Source: Candidatus Woesearchaeota archaeon (GTDB taxonomy: Archaea; Nanobdellota; Nanobdellia; Woesearchaeales; WJKR01). Taken from it: DNA of 63,199 bases. The notes under the pieces are model-generated. The model saw nothing but the letters and a program-made list of their open reading frames with translations. It ran no database searches and had not been told where the DNA came from. The stretch covers positions 1-63,199 of the forward strand of contig WJKR01000037.1 of assembly GCA_014729015.1 (NCBI GenBank), given 5' to 3'. A program made the position numbers and the translations under genes. How positions within the stretch are numbered: the stretch's first letter is position 1; each line of letters begins with the position of its first letter. This document shows positions 1 to 8,516 of this stretch, one piece after another.

Positions 1-96
1 CAGGACCATGTACGGATGATTTCTTCACTCGATGGTGATTAAGAAGGAATTTTTATAAGCTCGCCGCTCCTATCTCTCCCGCATGCACCGTGACTT

Positions 97-555
97 TTGG
101 GTTGGGGATCCCTGTTATGTCGAGCCACAACAATACAAAGTAGCGCCCACCCCCTCATCACCTCAGACGCCCGCGGCTGCTATGCCATCGTGCTCTCCGA
201 CGGCAAGCACATGGGGCTCAGCCACATCCTGCCGGACGAGCACCCCCGGCATTACATCGACGGCATGCTCAAAGAGCTCGACACCGAGCGCGCCATCGAA
301 GGCATAATCCTCACTGGCAACACCTCGCCGTCTCACAATCCTGACAAGCCCTGCCGGGATGCGGGCATCGATATCATCGACTACTTCCCCAAATCCCTCC
401 CCGTCGTCGCCACGCCTACGAAGGTCCTCCCTGACATGCTCCGATACTTGTCCGCGAACAGGACTATTATCACCAACCCGCCCTACTCGGTCACCGTCCG
501 CTATGATGAGGAACAGATATCCTTGCCGTTCCCTGCACGGGCTAAAGGCGGATAA
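97..555 (+). CDS. hypothetical protein with tentative CheD-like Cys/His motif
   Basis: The ORF has C-ending codon bias like its neighbours. RGCYAIVLSD..MGLSHILPDE and IEGIILTGNTS resemble the CheD GSCVAV..D...G.aHvmLPD and aKi.GGa pattern. The start is uncertain (TTG at 97). A TATA-like tttttataa lies at 50-58. Confidence 0.4.
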   Translation: MGWGSLLCRATTIQSSAHPLITSDARGCYAIVLSDGKHMGLSHILPDEHPRHYIDGMLKELDTERAIEGIILTGNTSPSHNPDKPCRDAGIDIIDYFPKSLPVVATPTKVLPDMLRYLSANRTIITNPPYSVTVRYDEEQISLPFPARAKGG

Positions 556-706
556 GCTCGTTCGTGCTCGATCAAGAGATAGAGGAAGAGGACTTGCAAA
601 AGAGCAGGAAGCGGCTGCGGCTTGTCCGGTCGGGTCATCCACATCACGGTCAATGAGACTGGGGAAAGCATTGTTTGACCACCACAGGACAACCCTGCTC
701 ACAACG

Positions 707-714
707 TATAAATA
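707..714 (+). promoter_or_regulatory. TATA box for primase gene (leaderless)
   Basis: tataaata lies 23 nt upstream of the ATG at 737 in GC-rich context. Confidence 0.5.
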
Positions 715-736
715 GTATCTGCTGTTCTCTTCTCCC

Positions 737-2254
737 ATGTTCATCGCCAAGACGTTGTCCTTCTATAAACAGGCGAATGTGCAGCGGGCATTAGTCGAGC
801 AGGCACGGGACAAAGAAGTCTCGGTCAAGTTCCAGACCTTTTTCGGCAAGCGGCCGGAGACGTTGTACACCGAAGGCGACGTCCTTGATTTCGCGAAGAA
901 GAAGGCTTCCAGCTTTCATTGTTCTGAGGAGTTATGGACGAATCCGTTGCACATTAAGACCGGGATGAGCCAGAACGAGCTCAAGGACTTGCGGAAGGGA
1001 TGGGATTTGATCTTAGACATTGACTGCCCGTACTGGCAACTCTCTAAGCTGATTACGCACCTGTTCATAAAAGCGTTGGAAGCGCATGATATGAAGAGTG
1101 TATCTTCGAAGTACTCGGGAAATAAGGGTTTCCACATCGCCGTACCGTTCGAAGCGTTCCCGGAAACCTTTCAAGGGCAAGATACGAAAGACCTCTTCCC
1201 AGAAGCGCCGAGAAGGATTGCGTACTACTTGTTGGATTACTTGGCCAAGCATTACGTCGAAGCGCAGGGAGACTACTTCGTCTTTGACAAGCAATACAAG
1301 ATTAGCAAAGAAAAACTCGCAAAAGCGCTCGGCAAGGGTGTCAAGGACTTCGCCGCGGCGCGTGGCGAGGACCATGAGCAGAGGATTCATTTGTTGTGCC
1401 GGTCTTGCGGCTACATAACGAGAACGACGGAACGGAAGGACACCTATGTCTGCCCGGTCTGCAATGGCATCATGCAGGAGGAACGCATGCAGCAACGCCG
1501 GGAGGAGCGCACCGACCGGTTCGACCCCTTGACCATCATCGACGTGGACACCATCCTGATCGCGCACCGGCACTTGTACCGCATGCCGTACTCGTTCCAT
1601 GAGAAGTCTGAGCTGATCAGCGTGCCAGTGGAGAACTGCAAGGTGTTATCGTTCAAGAAGTCGCAGGCGAGGCCGGAGAACGTCGATTTCTCCGTCCCTT
1701 TCTTGGAACGCGACGCGACGCCGGGTGAAGCGACCAAGCTGTTGGTCGCGGCGTACGACTTCGACCCGCAGCTGGAGGAGGAGAAGGAGAAGAAGACCTT
1801 CGCCGTCCCTGAAGAAGCCGTCCCGGAGAAGTTCTTCCCGCCGTGCATCCGAGCGATACTCCAAGGCCTTAAGGACGGTCGTAAGCGGTCGATGTTCACG
1901 CTGATCAACTTTCTCAGGGGCTGCGGGTGGGGTTTTGAGCAGATAGAAGAGGCTTTGCACGAGTGGAACCAGCGGAATGAGGAGCCGTTGCGCGAGGTGG
2001 AGCTCAAGAGCAGGCTGCGCTATGAGAAGAACAAGCGGGAAGCGGCGCCGCCGCACAACTGCAAGCGTTACTACCAGGATTTCGGCGTGTGCCACCCGGA
2101 TGAGTTCTGCAATCGCATCAAGAACCCGTTGCAGTATGCGAAGTTGAAGGCGGCGCGGGGCGGCCATGGCAAGAAACGCAGGGGGTTGACTGAGGAGCAG
2201 AGAGCGGCGCGGAGGAAGTATCGGGAGAAGAAGAAAAAACAGCGCACTTCATGA
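737..2254 (+). CDS. priS: DNA primase, fused PriS catalytic subunit plus PriL C-terminal Fe-S domain
   Basis: AEP catalytic motifs are present: DLILDIDC (DxD), SGNKGFHI, and HRHLYRMPYSFHEKS. A Zn knuckle reads CRSCGY..CPVCNG. The C-terminal third carries PriL-CTD signatures FFPPCIRAIL, PPHNCKRYY and GVCHPDEFC (four Cys). The tail is basic. Confidence 0.85.
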   Translation: MFIAKTLSFYKQANVQRALVEQARDKEVSVKFQTFFGKRPETLYTEGDVLDFAKKKASSFHCSEELWTNPLHIKTGMSQNELKDLRKGWDLILDIDCPYWQLSKLITHLFIKALEAHDMKSVSSKYSGNKGFHIAVPFEAFPETFQGQDTKDLFPEAPRRIAYYLLDYLAKHYVEAQGDYFVFDKQYKISKEKLAKALGKGVKDFAAARGEDHEQRIHLLCRSCGYITRTTERKDTYVCPVCNGIMQEERMQQRREERTDRFDPLTIIDVDTILIAHRHLYRMPYSFHEKSELISVPVENCKVLSFKKSQARPENVDFSVPFLERDATPGEATKLLVAAYDFDPQLEEEKEKKTFAVPEEAVPEKFFPPCIRAILQGLKDGRKRSMFTLINFLRGCGWGFEQIEEALHEWNQRNEEPLREVELKSRLRYEKNKREAAPPHNCKRYYQDFGVCHPDEFCNRIKNPLQYAKLKAARGGHGKKRRGLTEEQRAARRKYREKKKKQRTS

Positions 2255-2298
2255 TGCTGTTTTGTTGCTGTTTGCGACCGTGATTTTCTTTTAGTACC

Positions 2299-2306
2299 TT
2301 TTTTTT
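2299..2306 (+). terminator. oligo-T archaeal terminator after primase
   Basis: A T8 run lies 45 nt after the stop codon, within a T-rich stretch at 2262-2310. Confidence 0.4.
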
Positions 2307-2392
2307 GGCTGTTGTTGTCCTTCACATTAGTTTCTATATAGTAATTACTATAGAGAAAAATATTAACGGCCAATTCTTTTCCACACGATACC

Positions 2393-2400
2393 TTTAAAAA
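2393..2400 (+). promoter_or_regulatory. TATA box for ribosomal protein operon
   Basis: tttaaaaa ends an AT-rich island (2330-2400). It implies a leader of about 120 nt before rpl3. Confidence 0.45.
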
Positions 2401-2543
2401 CACCCTCATGTTCTCCCCAACCCACGTCACCTTACCAGGATTGTGACGAGCACACCAGCAGCCTGAAAAGAAGCCCTTTTTCAGTACGCCACCAGCGTAT
2501 TCTCAAGGGATGCTTCAGCAAAAGGCTGCACCAGGAACGCAAG

Positions 2544-3521
2544 ATGCCCAAAGCGCAACGACCACGATTCGGCAGCATGCAATACTGGCCCAGGAAGCGG
2601 GCGAAACGAGCGACAGCCAGAGTGAGAAGCTGGGCGACGACAAAAGAAGCAAAACCACTAGCGTTCGCCGGCTACAAAGCAGGCATGACCCACGTCCAAG
2701 CGACGGACACGAACAAGCACGCACAACAAAAAAACCAAGACATCACCATCCCCGTCACCATCATCGAATGCCCGCCCATGAAGATCTTCAGCGTCAGGGC
2801 CTACAAGCCGCACGGCTACGGCACCGCCGTCGCCAAAGAAATAGTGCTGACGGATGACAAAGACCTCGCCAAGAGAATCAAACCCCCAAAAAAGCTCGAA
2901 GGGAAACTCGACGACCTCAAACCAGAAGACTACCAAGACATCACCATCATCTGCTACACCCAACCCAAGAAGATAGGCTTCAAGAAGAAACCGGACCTGT
3001 TCGAAATAAGGATGGGAGGCACCAACGAGGAAAAACTGGCGTACATCAAAGAACACCAAGACAAGGACATCGCCATCCAAGACCTCTACCAAGAAGGGGA
3101 CCTGGTCGACACGCACGGCATCACCAAAGGCAAAGGGTACCAAGGAGCCGTGAAAAGGTTCGGCATCGGCCTCAAAGACCACAAGTCAGAGAAAGGACGA
3201 CGCACCCCCGGAAGCCTCGGCGGCTGGAAAGGGCACGCGCACTTCATGTACCGGATCGCTCACGCAGGCCAGACCGGCTATCACCAAAGGACGCAATACA
3301 ACAACATGCTACTCAAGCTCGGCGACGACACGGAAGCAGTACGCATCAAAGGCGGCATCGTCAAGTACGGCAACGTCAAGAATCCCTACACGCTGATCAA
3401 AGGAAGCATCCAAGGACCGAAGAAACGAGCCGTCATCCTCGCCAAGCCCGTCAGGCAGAAGAACCACGAGTCACTACCGACCATCAAGGCTATCAACAAG
3501 GACAGCAAGCAAGGACGATAA
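2544..3521 (+). CDS. rpl3: 50S ribosomal protein uL3
   Basis: Motifs RPRFGSMQYWPRKRA, FAGYKAGMTHV and KGKGYQGAVKRFG. It is first in the conserved L3-L4-L23-L2 order. Confidence 0.96.
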   Translation: MPKAQRPRFGSMQYWPRKRAKRATARVRSWATTKEAKPLAFAGYKAGMTHVQATDTNKHAQQKNQDITIPVTIIECPPMKIFSVRAYKPHGYGTAVAKEIVLTDDKDLAKRIKPPKKLEGKLDDLKPEDYQDITIICYTQPKKIGFKKKPDLFEIRMGGTNEEKLAYIKEHQDKDIAIQDLYQEGDLVDTHGITKGKGYQGAVKRFGIGLKDHKSEKGRRTPGSLGGWKGHAHFMYRIAHAGQTGYHQRTQYNNMLLKLGDDTEAVRIKGGIVKYGNVKNPYTLIKGSIQGPKKRAVILAKPVRQKNHESLPTIKAINKDSKQGR

Positions 3522-3523
3522 CC

Positions 3524-4504
3524 ATGCAGCTCACCATCATCACCCCCAAGAAGGCCTCGAAAGGCACGGTCAAGCTACCACGGCAATTCGACGAGCCCAT
3601 CAGGGAAGACCTGATCAAAAGAGCAGTCCTCGCGCTCCAAGCCAACCGACGGCAAGACTACGGCGCGCACCCCGAAGCGGGCATGCGCCCCAGCGTCAGG
3701 ATAAGCAAACGACGGCACCACTACCGCAGCACCTACGGCATCGGCCAGAGCAGGACGCCAAGGAAAGTCATCAACTACCGAGGCTCCCGCTTCAACTGGA
3801 CCGGCGCGTTCGCGCCGCAGACCGTCAGCGGCAGGCGGGCGCATCCACCCACCGCGGCGAAAAGCTGGGCGCAGAAGATCAACGACAAGGAACGACGCAA
3901 AGCCATACGATCAGCCCTCGCAGCCACCATGGACAAGGACGCCGTCAAGCAAAGAGGGCATGCCCCACCCAAAGACTACCCCTTCATCATCACCGACGAT
4001 ATCGAAACCATGACCAAGACCAAGGACGTCAAAGAAGCGTTAGCCACGATCGGCATGGGCGACGAGCTGCAACGAGCGGCAAAGAAGAAGATCAGGCCGG
4101 GCAAGGCCACCATGCGAGGCCGCCGATACAAACAACCCACCAGCATCCTCATCGTCACCGGCGACGACGCCAAGCTCGCCAAAACCGGCATGAACATCCC
4201 CGGCGTGGACGTCGCCGTCGTCAACGAGCTCAACGCCGAACTCCTCGCACCAGGAGCCATCCCCGGCAGGATGACCCTCTACACAGAGGCCGCAATCAAA
4301 GCCCTGACAGAAAAAAAGTTCTTCACCGAGCAACGCGTGCAGCCGACCAAGAAAAAGGCGACGAAAACTGCTCCGAAGCAACCAACCCCGTCACCAGCCA
4401 AGAAACCAGCGACGAAGAAAAAGAAACCAGGAAAGGCCCCTGCACGGAAAAAAGCTTCCACTCCAACAAAAGACGCGGCAAAAAAGCCTGAGGTGAGCTC
4501 ATGA
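3524..4504 (+). CDS. rpl4: 50S ribosomal protein uL4 with Lys/Pro/Ala-rich C-terminal tail
   Basis: The N-terminus reads LPRQFDEPIREDLIKRAVLALQANRRQDYG, with GRRAHPP further on. The position after rpl3 fits. The last ~60 aa are KKKATKTAPKQPTPSPAKKPATKKKKPGK. Confidence 0.93.
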   Translation: MQLTIITPKKASKGTVKLPRQFDEPIREDLIKRAVLALQANRRQDYGAHPEAGMRPSVRISKRRHHYRSTYGIGQSRTPRKVINYRGSRFNWTGAFAPQTVSGRRAHPPTAAKSWAQKINDKERRKAIRSALAATMDKDAVKQRGHAPPKDYPFIITDDIETMTKTKDVKEALATIGMGDELQRAAKKKIRPGKATMRGRRYKQPTSILIVTGDDAKLAKTGMNIPGVDVAVVNELNAELLAPGAIPGRMTLYTEAAIKALTEKKFFTEQRVQPTKKKATKTAPKQPTPSPAKKPATKKKKPGKAPARKKASTPTKDAAKKPEVSS

Positions 4505-4755
4505 GCGCTGTCATCAAATACCCGCTCGCCACAGAGAAAAGCATCCGGTTGATGGAAGCGCAGAACACGCTCATCTTCGTCGTCGCAGAGAAAGCGACCA
4601 AGCCGCAAATAAAAAAAGCGGTGGAAGAGCGGTTCGACGCGAAGGTCGAGGACGTCAGGACGCTCCACGGCCCGGACAACAAGAAACGGGCGTACATCAC
4701 GTTCAATGAAGCGACACCAGCGATCGACATCGCGACCAAACTAGGGTTGATGTAA
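4501..4755 (+). CDS. rpl23: 50S ribosomal protein uL23
   Basis: The sequence reads IKYPLATEKSIRLMEAQNTLIFVV..KPQIKKAVEERFDAKVEDVRT. Operon position fits, and there is an ATGA overlap with rpl4. Confidence 0.93.
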   Translation: MSAVIKYPLATEKSIRLMEAQNTLIFVVAEKATKPQIKKAVEERFDAKVEDVRTLHGPDNKKRAYITFNEATPAIDIATKLGLM

Positions 4756-4756
4756 C

Positions 4757-5458
4757 ATGGGCAAGAACCTCATCCAACAACGAAGAGGCAGGAAGAGCGG
4801 ACGGTTCCGCGCGAGATCGTTCGCCGCAGCAGGGGAGGCGCGCCTCAAGAACAAATCATCTTATGAAGTCATCGACCTCATCAACAGCCCCGGCCACACC
4901 GCTCCTCTAGCGAGGGTTAAGTACGACGACAACACCCACGGCCTGCTCATCGCTGCGGAAGGCGTCTACGTCGGCAGGAAATACGGCATCGGCGGCCAGG
5001 CAGCAGTCACGCACGGCAACGCGCTCCCCCTCAAAGCGATCCCCGAAGGCACCCCGATATTCAACATCGAGAACAGGCCCGGAGACGGCGGCATGTTCGT
5101 CAAGAGCAGCGGTGTAGCGGCCAAGCTCGTCTCACGCACAGAAGCAGGCGTCACGGTCAAGCTCCCCAGCAAGCGGAACAAGACCTTCAACCCTGAGTGC
5201 AAGGCTATCGTCGGTGTCGTCGCAGGCGGCGGCAGGCCGGAGAAGCCGTTCCTCAAAGCGGGCAACAAACACAAGGCGATGCACGCGCGCAACAAGTACT
5301 ATCCCATCGTCTCAGGAAGCGCGATGAACGCGGTCGCGCATCCCTTTGGCAACAAACGGAGCCTGAGGAAATCAAAAGCGAAACCGACCGGCAAGCACGC
5401 CCCGCCAGGAAGAAAAGTAGGCGCGATCGGCGCGAAGAGGACCGGCAGGAAACGATAA
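4757..5458 (+). CDS. rpl2: 50S ribosomal protein uL2
   Basis: Motifs GKNLIQQRRGR, GTPIFNIENRPGDGG and AMNAVAHPFGN. Operon position fits. Confidence 0.96.
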   Translation: MGKNLIQQRRGRKSGRFRARSFAAAGEARLKNKSSYEVIDLINSPGHTAPLARVKYDDNTHGLLIAAEGVYVGRKYGIGGQAAVTHGNALPLKAIPEGTPIFNIENRPGDGGMFVKSSGVAAKLVSRTEAGVTVKLPSKRNKTFNPECKAIVGVVAGGGRPEKPFLKAGNKHKAMHARNKYYPIVSGSAMNAVAHPFGNKRSLRKSKAKPTGKHAPPGRKVGAIGAKRTGRKR

Positions 5459-5469
5459 GTGAAACGATT

Positions 5470-5847
5470 ATGGCACGAAAAGAACACACCTACCGCGGCA
5501 AGACCGTCAAGGAGCTCCAAGAGCTCTCCCTCGAGGAATTCATCGACCTCCTCCCCGCACGGGAGAAAAGGACTGCGAACAGGATGAGCGACGAGCTCAA
5601 GCAGCTGTACGAGAAGACACAGGAGAGGGACAATGTGAAGACCCACCACCGGGAGATGATCGTCTTCCCCCACATGGTCGGGAAGGTCATCAAGGTCCAC
5701 AACGGCAAAGAGTTCATCGACGTGCACATCATCCCAGAAATGGTCGGCATGCGCCTCGGACAGCTCGTCCTGACTAGGAAAGGCGTCAAGCACGGCGGAC
5801 CAGGCGTCGGCGCGACCAAGAGCAGCGCTGCGGCGACAGTGAGATAA
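5470..5847 (+). CDS. rps19: 30S ribosomal protein uS19
   Basis: Motifs MARKEHTYRGKTVKELQEL and VHNGKEFIDVHIIPEMVGMRLGQLVLTRK. I trimmed the track ORF 5197-5847 to the ATG at 5470, which lies after the rpl2 stop. Confidence 0.93.
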   Translation: MARKEHTYRGKTVKELQELSLEEFIDLLPAREKRTANRMSDELKQLYEKTQERDNVKTHHREMIVFPHMVGKVIKVHNGKEFIDVHIIPEMVGMRLGQLVLTRKGVKHGGPGVGATKSSAAATVR

Positions 5848-5849
5848 CC

Positions 5850-6584
5850 ATGGCAGACTACCATTATGCGTATGAAGGACCGACCGCCCACACGGCGAAG
5901 GCGGTGCTCAAAGAAGCGCCTATCAGCCCCAAGGTAGCGGTCGAGCTCAGCAGCTACCTCAAAGGCAAGACCACGGCCCAGGCGAAAGCAGTCCTGGAAC
6001 GCGTCGTCAAGCGAGAGCAGGCGATTCCGTACAAGCGGTTCACGGACGGCGTCGGCCACAAGCGGGGTATGGCCGCGGGCAGGTACCCGGGCAAAGCGGC
6101 GAAGCACTTCCTGCAGCTCATCCACGTCGCCGAGGCGAACGCGAACCAAGCAGGGCTCGCCTCGGACCTCAAGATAATCCATCTCCTCGCGCACAAGGCG
6201 AGCAGCCCGTTCAGGTTCGGCAGGCAGCGCCGCCGCCAGATGAAGCAGGCGCACGTCGAGATCGTCGTCAAGGAGGTCGAGGGTGCCAAGAGGAAAGCGG
6301 TGAAGCAGCAGCTGTCGAAACCAGCGAAGGAGGGGTCGGTCGTAGACCAATCGGCGCCGGCGAAGCGACCCCCTGCGAAGAAGCAAGCGGCAAAAGCTTC
6401 GGAGAAGGAAGAACCAGCACGACCTGGTAAGAAGCAACCGCCGAGGCAGGAAAAGAAAAAAGCAACCTCCAAGCCCGCAGAGAAGAAGGGACAACAACCA
6501 GCACCGAAGAAGGAAGCGCCTAAGAAAAAAACGTCACAACCACAAACTACTCAACCATCACCGAAGGAGAACGCTCAACAATGA
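5850..6584 (+). CDS. rpl22: 50S ribosomal protein uL22 with ~100-aa Lys-rich C-terminal tail
   Basis: Motifs AKAVLKEAPISPKVAVELSSYLKGK and AIPYKRF..GVGHKRGM. The tail reads KRKAVKQQLSKPAKE...KKEAPKKKTSQ. Confidence 0.92.
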   Translation: MADYHYAYEGPTAHTAKAVLKEAPISPKVAVELSSYLKGKTTAQAKAVLERVVKREQAIPYKRFTDGVGHKRGMAAGRYPGKAAKHFLQLIHVAEANANQAGLASDLKIIHLLAHKASSPFRFGRQRRRQMKQAHVEIVVKEVEGAKRKAVKQQLSKPAKEGSVVDQSAPAKRPPAKKQAAKASEKEEPARPGKKQPPRQEKKKATSKPAEKKGQQPAPKKEAPKKKTSQPQTTQPSPKENAQQ

Positions 6585-7318
6585 TCGAACGAAAATTCAT
6601 CTCGGAGAACATCAAGGAGTTCCGCATCAAGGAATTCGTCGCCGACCACCTCAACAGGGTCGGCCTCAGCGAAGTCAAGCTCCAACGGACACCGCTCGGA
6701 GAGAAGATCGTCGTGTCAGCGAGCAGGCCTGGCCTCGTCGTTGGACGAGCGGGCGCCAACATCCAGAAGTTGACGAAAGACCTCAAGGAGCAGTTCGACC
6801 TGGAGAACCCCCAGATAGAGATTGAGGAGATCAAGGAAATCAACCTCGACCCCGCCATCGTCGCGGAGACCATCGCCTCATCCATGGAGCGGTTCGGCGC
6901 CAAGCAGTTCAAGGGCTCAGGCCACCGCTCGCTGCGCAACGTGATGCAAGCAGGCGCCCTCGGCGTCGAGATACTCATCAGCGGCAAGGTACCCAGCCAG
7001 CGGAGCAGGACCTGGCGGTTCTACGAAGGTTACCTCAAGAAGTGCGGCGACATCGCGCTGACAGGCGTCAAGGTAGCGTACACCACCGCGTTCCTCAAGA
7101 CCGGCGCCGTCGGCATCAAGGTCAGCATCATGCCTGGAGACACCAAGCTCCCCGACCGGGTCGAACTCCTCAAAGAACCAGAAGTCGTCGTCGAGGAGAC
7201 TGATGAGCAGTCGGAGCCGCCAGCGAAGGAAGAGAAGACGTCCGAAGAAGCCCAATCGACGAAGAAACCGTCAGAACAAGCGCCGGAAGCAGAGGGAGAG
7301 AGGGGTGGATCCACATGA
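6581..7318 (+). CDS. rps3: 30S ribosomal protein uS3
   Basis: A KH-domain sequence is present: LQRTPLGEKIVVSASRPGLVVGRAGANIQKL. Operon position fits. The tail is acidic/Lys-rich. Confidence 0.95.
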   Translation: MIERKFISENIKEFRIKEFVADHLNRVGLSEVKLQRTPLGEKIVVSASRPGLVVGRAGANIQKLTKDLKEQFDLENPQIEIEEIKEINLDPAIVAETIASSMERFGAKQFKGSGHRSLRNVMQAGALGVEILISGKVPSQRSRTWRFYEGYLKKCGDIALTGVKVAYTTAFLKTGAVGIKVSIMPGDTKLPDRVELLKEPEVVVEETDEQSEPPAKEEKTSEEAQSTKKPSEQAPEAEGERGGST

Positions 7319-7527
7319 AACACAAAGAACTCTCCTCGCTCAAGCCAGAAGACCTCGCCAAGAAGGAACGAGAGGTCCGCGACGAACTCATCAAGCTAGA
7401 AGCGCAAGTGGCCATCGGTACCACGCCGAAGAGCCCGGGACAGCTCAAGCAGCTCAAGAAGACGCTCGCAAGGATACAGACCATCAAGAGACAACAACCC
7501 ACGGAGGTAAAGGAACAGCATGCCTGA
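7315..7527 (+). CDS. rpl29: 50S ribosomal protein uL29
   Basis: 70 aa reading LKPEDLAKKEREVRDELIKLEAQ. Operon position fits. Confidence 0.9.
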   Translation: MKHKELSSLKPEDLAKKEREVRDELIKLEAQVAIGTTPKSPGQLKQLKKTLARIQTIKRQQPTEVKEQHA

Positions 7528-7858
7528 AATAGACCCCATCACCGGCCTACCCAAGGAGCTCGGCACGTTCGAGAACCTGGCGAAGGAACGCCAGAAAGTC
7601 ACCGTGTCGACCACGAAGAAGAAATTCGGCAAGCAATACACCATCGTTGAGGGCGTCAACGAACACGAAATCGATCTCAAGGACTTGGCGAGGAAGCTCA
7701 AGGAGCAGTTCGCCTGCGGAGGCACGGCCAAGGACGGCGTCATCGAACTCCAAGGGAACCACACCAAGGCCATCAAAGGAGTGCTCGTCAAGCTCGGCTT
7801 CGCGCCGGACACCATCGACGTCACCATGCCCAAGCCATCATTCAGGAAGAGACGATGA
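7520..7858 (+). CDS. sui1: translation initiation factor aSUI1 (eIF1 family)
   Basis: The sequence reads KKKFGKQYTIVEGV..DLKDLARKLKEQFACGGTAKDGVIELQGNH, which is typical SUI1. Confidence 0.9.
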   Translation: MPEIDPITGLPKELGTFENLAKERQKVTVSTTKKKFGKQYTIVEGVNEHEIDLKDLARKLKEQFACGGTAKDGVIELQGNHTKAIKGVLVKLGFAPDTIDVTMPKPSFRKRR

Positions 7859-8070
7859 AATCCCACCAGCACAACCTCATCGGCAAGCACGTCCGCGTCA
7901 CGGACGCCAAGAACAAGACGCTCGTCGGCAAGGAAGGCGTCGTGCAGGACGAGACCAAGAACACCATCACCGTCAACGACCAGAAAATCATCAAGGACTA
8001 CATCACCATCGACGGCGGAAAGAAGCTCATCAGCAAAACACCGACAGAACGAATCAAGGTGCACCAATGA
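7855..8070 (+). CDS. rnp1: RNase P protein component 1 (Rpp29/Pop4), minimal 71 aa
   Basis: A Sm-like core is present: LIGKHVRVTDAKNKTLVGKEGVVQDETKNTITV. It holds the conserved position between rpl29/sui1 and rps17. Confidence 0.85.
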   Translation: MKSHQHNLIGKHVRVTDAKNKTLVGKEGVVQDETKNTITVNDQKIIKDYITIDGGKKLISKTPTERIKVHQ

Positions 8071-8510
8071 AAAACACGAGCACGCGCGGCAGGACCTTCA
8101 CCGGCATCGTCACGAGCGGCAAGATGCGACGCACCGTTACCGTAGCATGGACGCGACGCTATTACCTCCCCAAGTATGAACGGTACGAGAAGCGGAGGAC
8201 CAAGGTCAAGGCGCACAACCCTGATGTCATCGACGCGCGCGTCGGGGACACCGTGACCGTCATGGAGACCAGGCCGCTCTCGAAGACGAAGCACTTCACC
8301 ATCATCAAGAAGCACGAGGCCGTAGCCAGCGTGGACGCGGTCACTAAGGAAGACGTGCAAGAGGCGGTCAAGGAGGCCTCCGCAGAGGAGGAGCCGCAAG
8401 CAGAGGAGCCAGCGAAGAAGCGGCGGAAACCCACGAAGAGGAAGACCACCAAGAAGAAGGCCGCCAAGAAGAAAGCGAAGAAGAAGGCCACGAGGACGAC
8501 GAAGAAGTGA
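8067..8510 (+). CDS. rps17: 30S ribosomal protein uS17 with Lys-rich tail
   Basis: The sequence reads GRTFTGIVTSGKMRRTVTVAWTRRYYLPKYERYEKRRTKVKAHNP. The ATG at 8067 overlaps the rnp1 stop. The upstream part of track ORF 7647-8510 is an off-frame shadow. Confidence 0.93.
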   Translation: MKNTSTRGRTFTGIVTSGKMRRTVTVAWTRRYYLPKYERYEKRRTKVKAHNPDVIDARVGDTVTVMETRPLSKTKHFTIIKKHEAVASVDAVTKEDVQEAVKEASAEEEPQAEEPAKKRRKPTKRKTTKKKAAKKKAKKKATRTTKK

Positions 8511-8516
8511 ACCATC

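Noticed and set aside
83-307. 74-aa ORF starting at the first ATG after the TATA-like element.
   Set aside because: The product is a Pro/Ser/Thr/Ala low-complexity sequence. The overlapping frame (97-555) shows the local C-ending codon bias and a plausible protein.
2408-2446. 12-codon upstream ORF (MFSPTHVTLPGL) in the rpl3 leader.
   Set aside because: It is too short, has no SD or conservation evidence, and cannot be distinguished from chance.
5197-5469. N-terminal extensions of track ORFs that overlap the preceding gene: 5197-5847, 7647-8510, 8879-10018, 17268-17855, 32773, 40537, 40767, 43297, 47044 and 55960.
   Set aside because: The conserved protein sequence begins at an internal ATG that sits just after, or overlaps, the upstream stop. 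The extension is in a different frame from the upstream gene and is compositionally a shadow. I trimmed the starts accordingly.
5490-6497. Long antisense and off-frame ORFs in the track. Examples: 5490-6497(-), 7998-9236(-), 10485-11786(-), 11675-12730(-), 14629-16365(-), 25650-26585(+), 31007-32065(-), 34165-35028(-), 36235-37365(-), 38465-39433(-), 59532-60551(-), 47480-48325(+).
   Set aside because: They overlap confidently identified genes on the other strand or in another frame. Their products are low-complexity Arg/Pro/Ala/Leu-rich sequences typical of shadow ORFs in GC-rich DNA, and none shows a recognisable motif.
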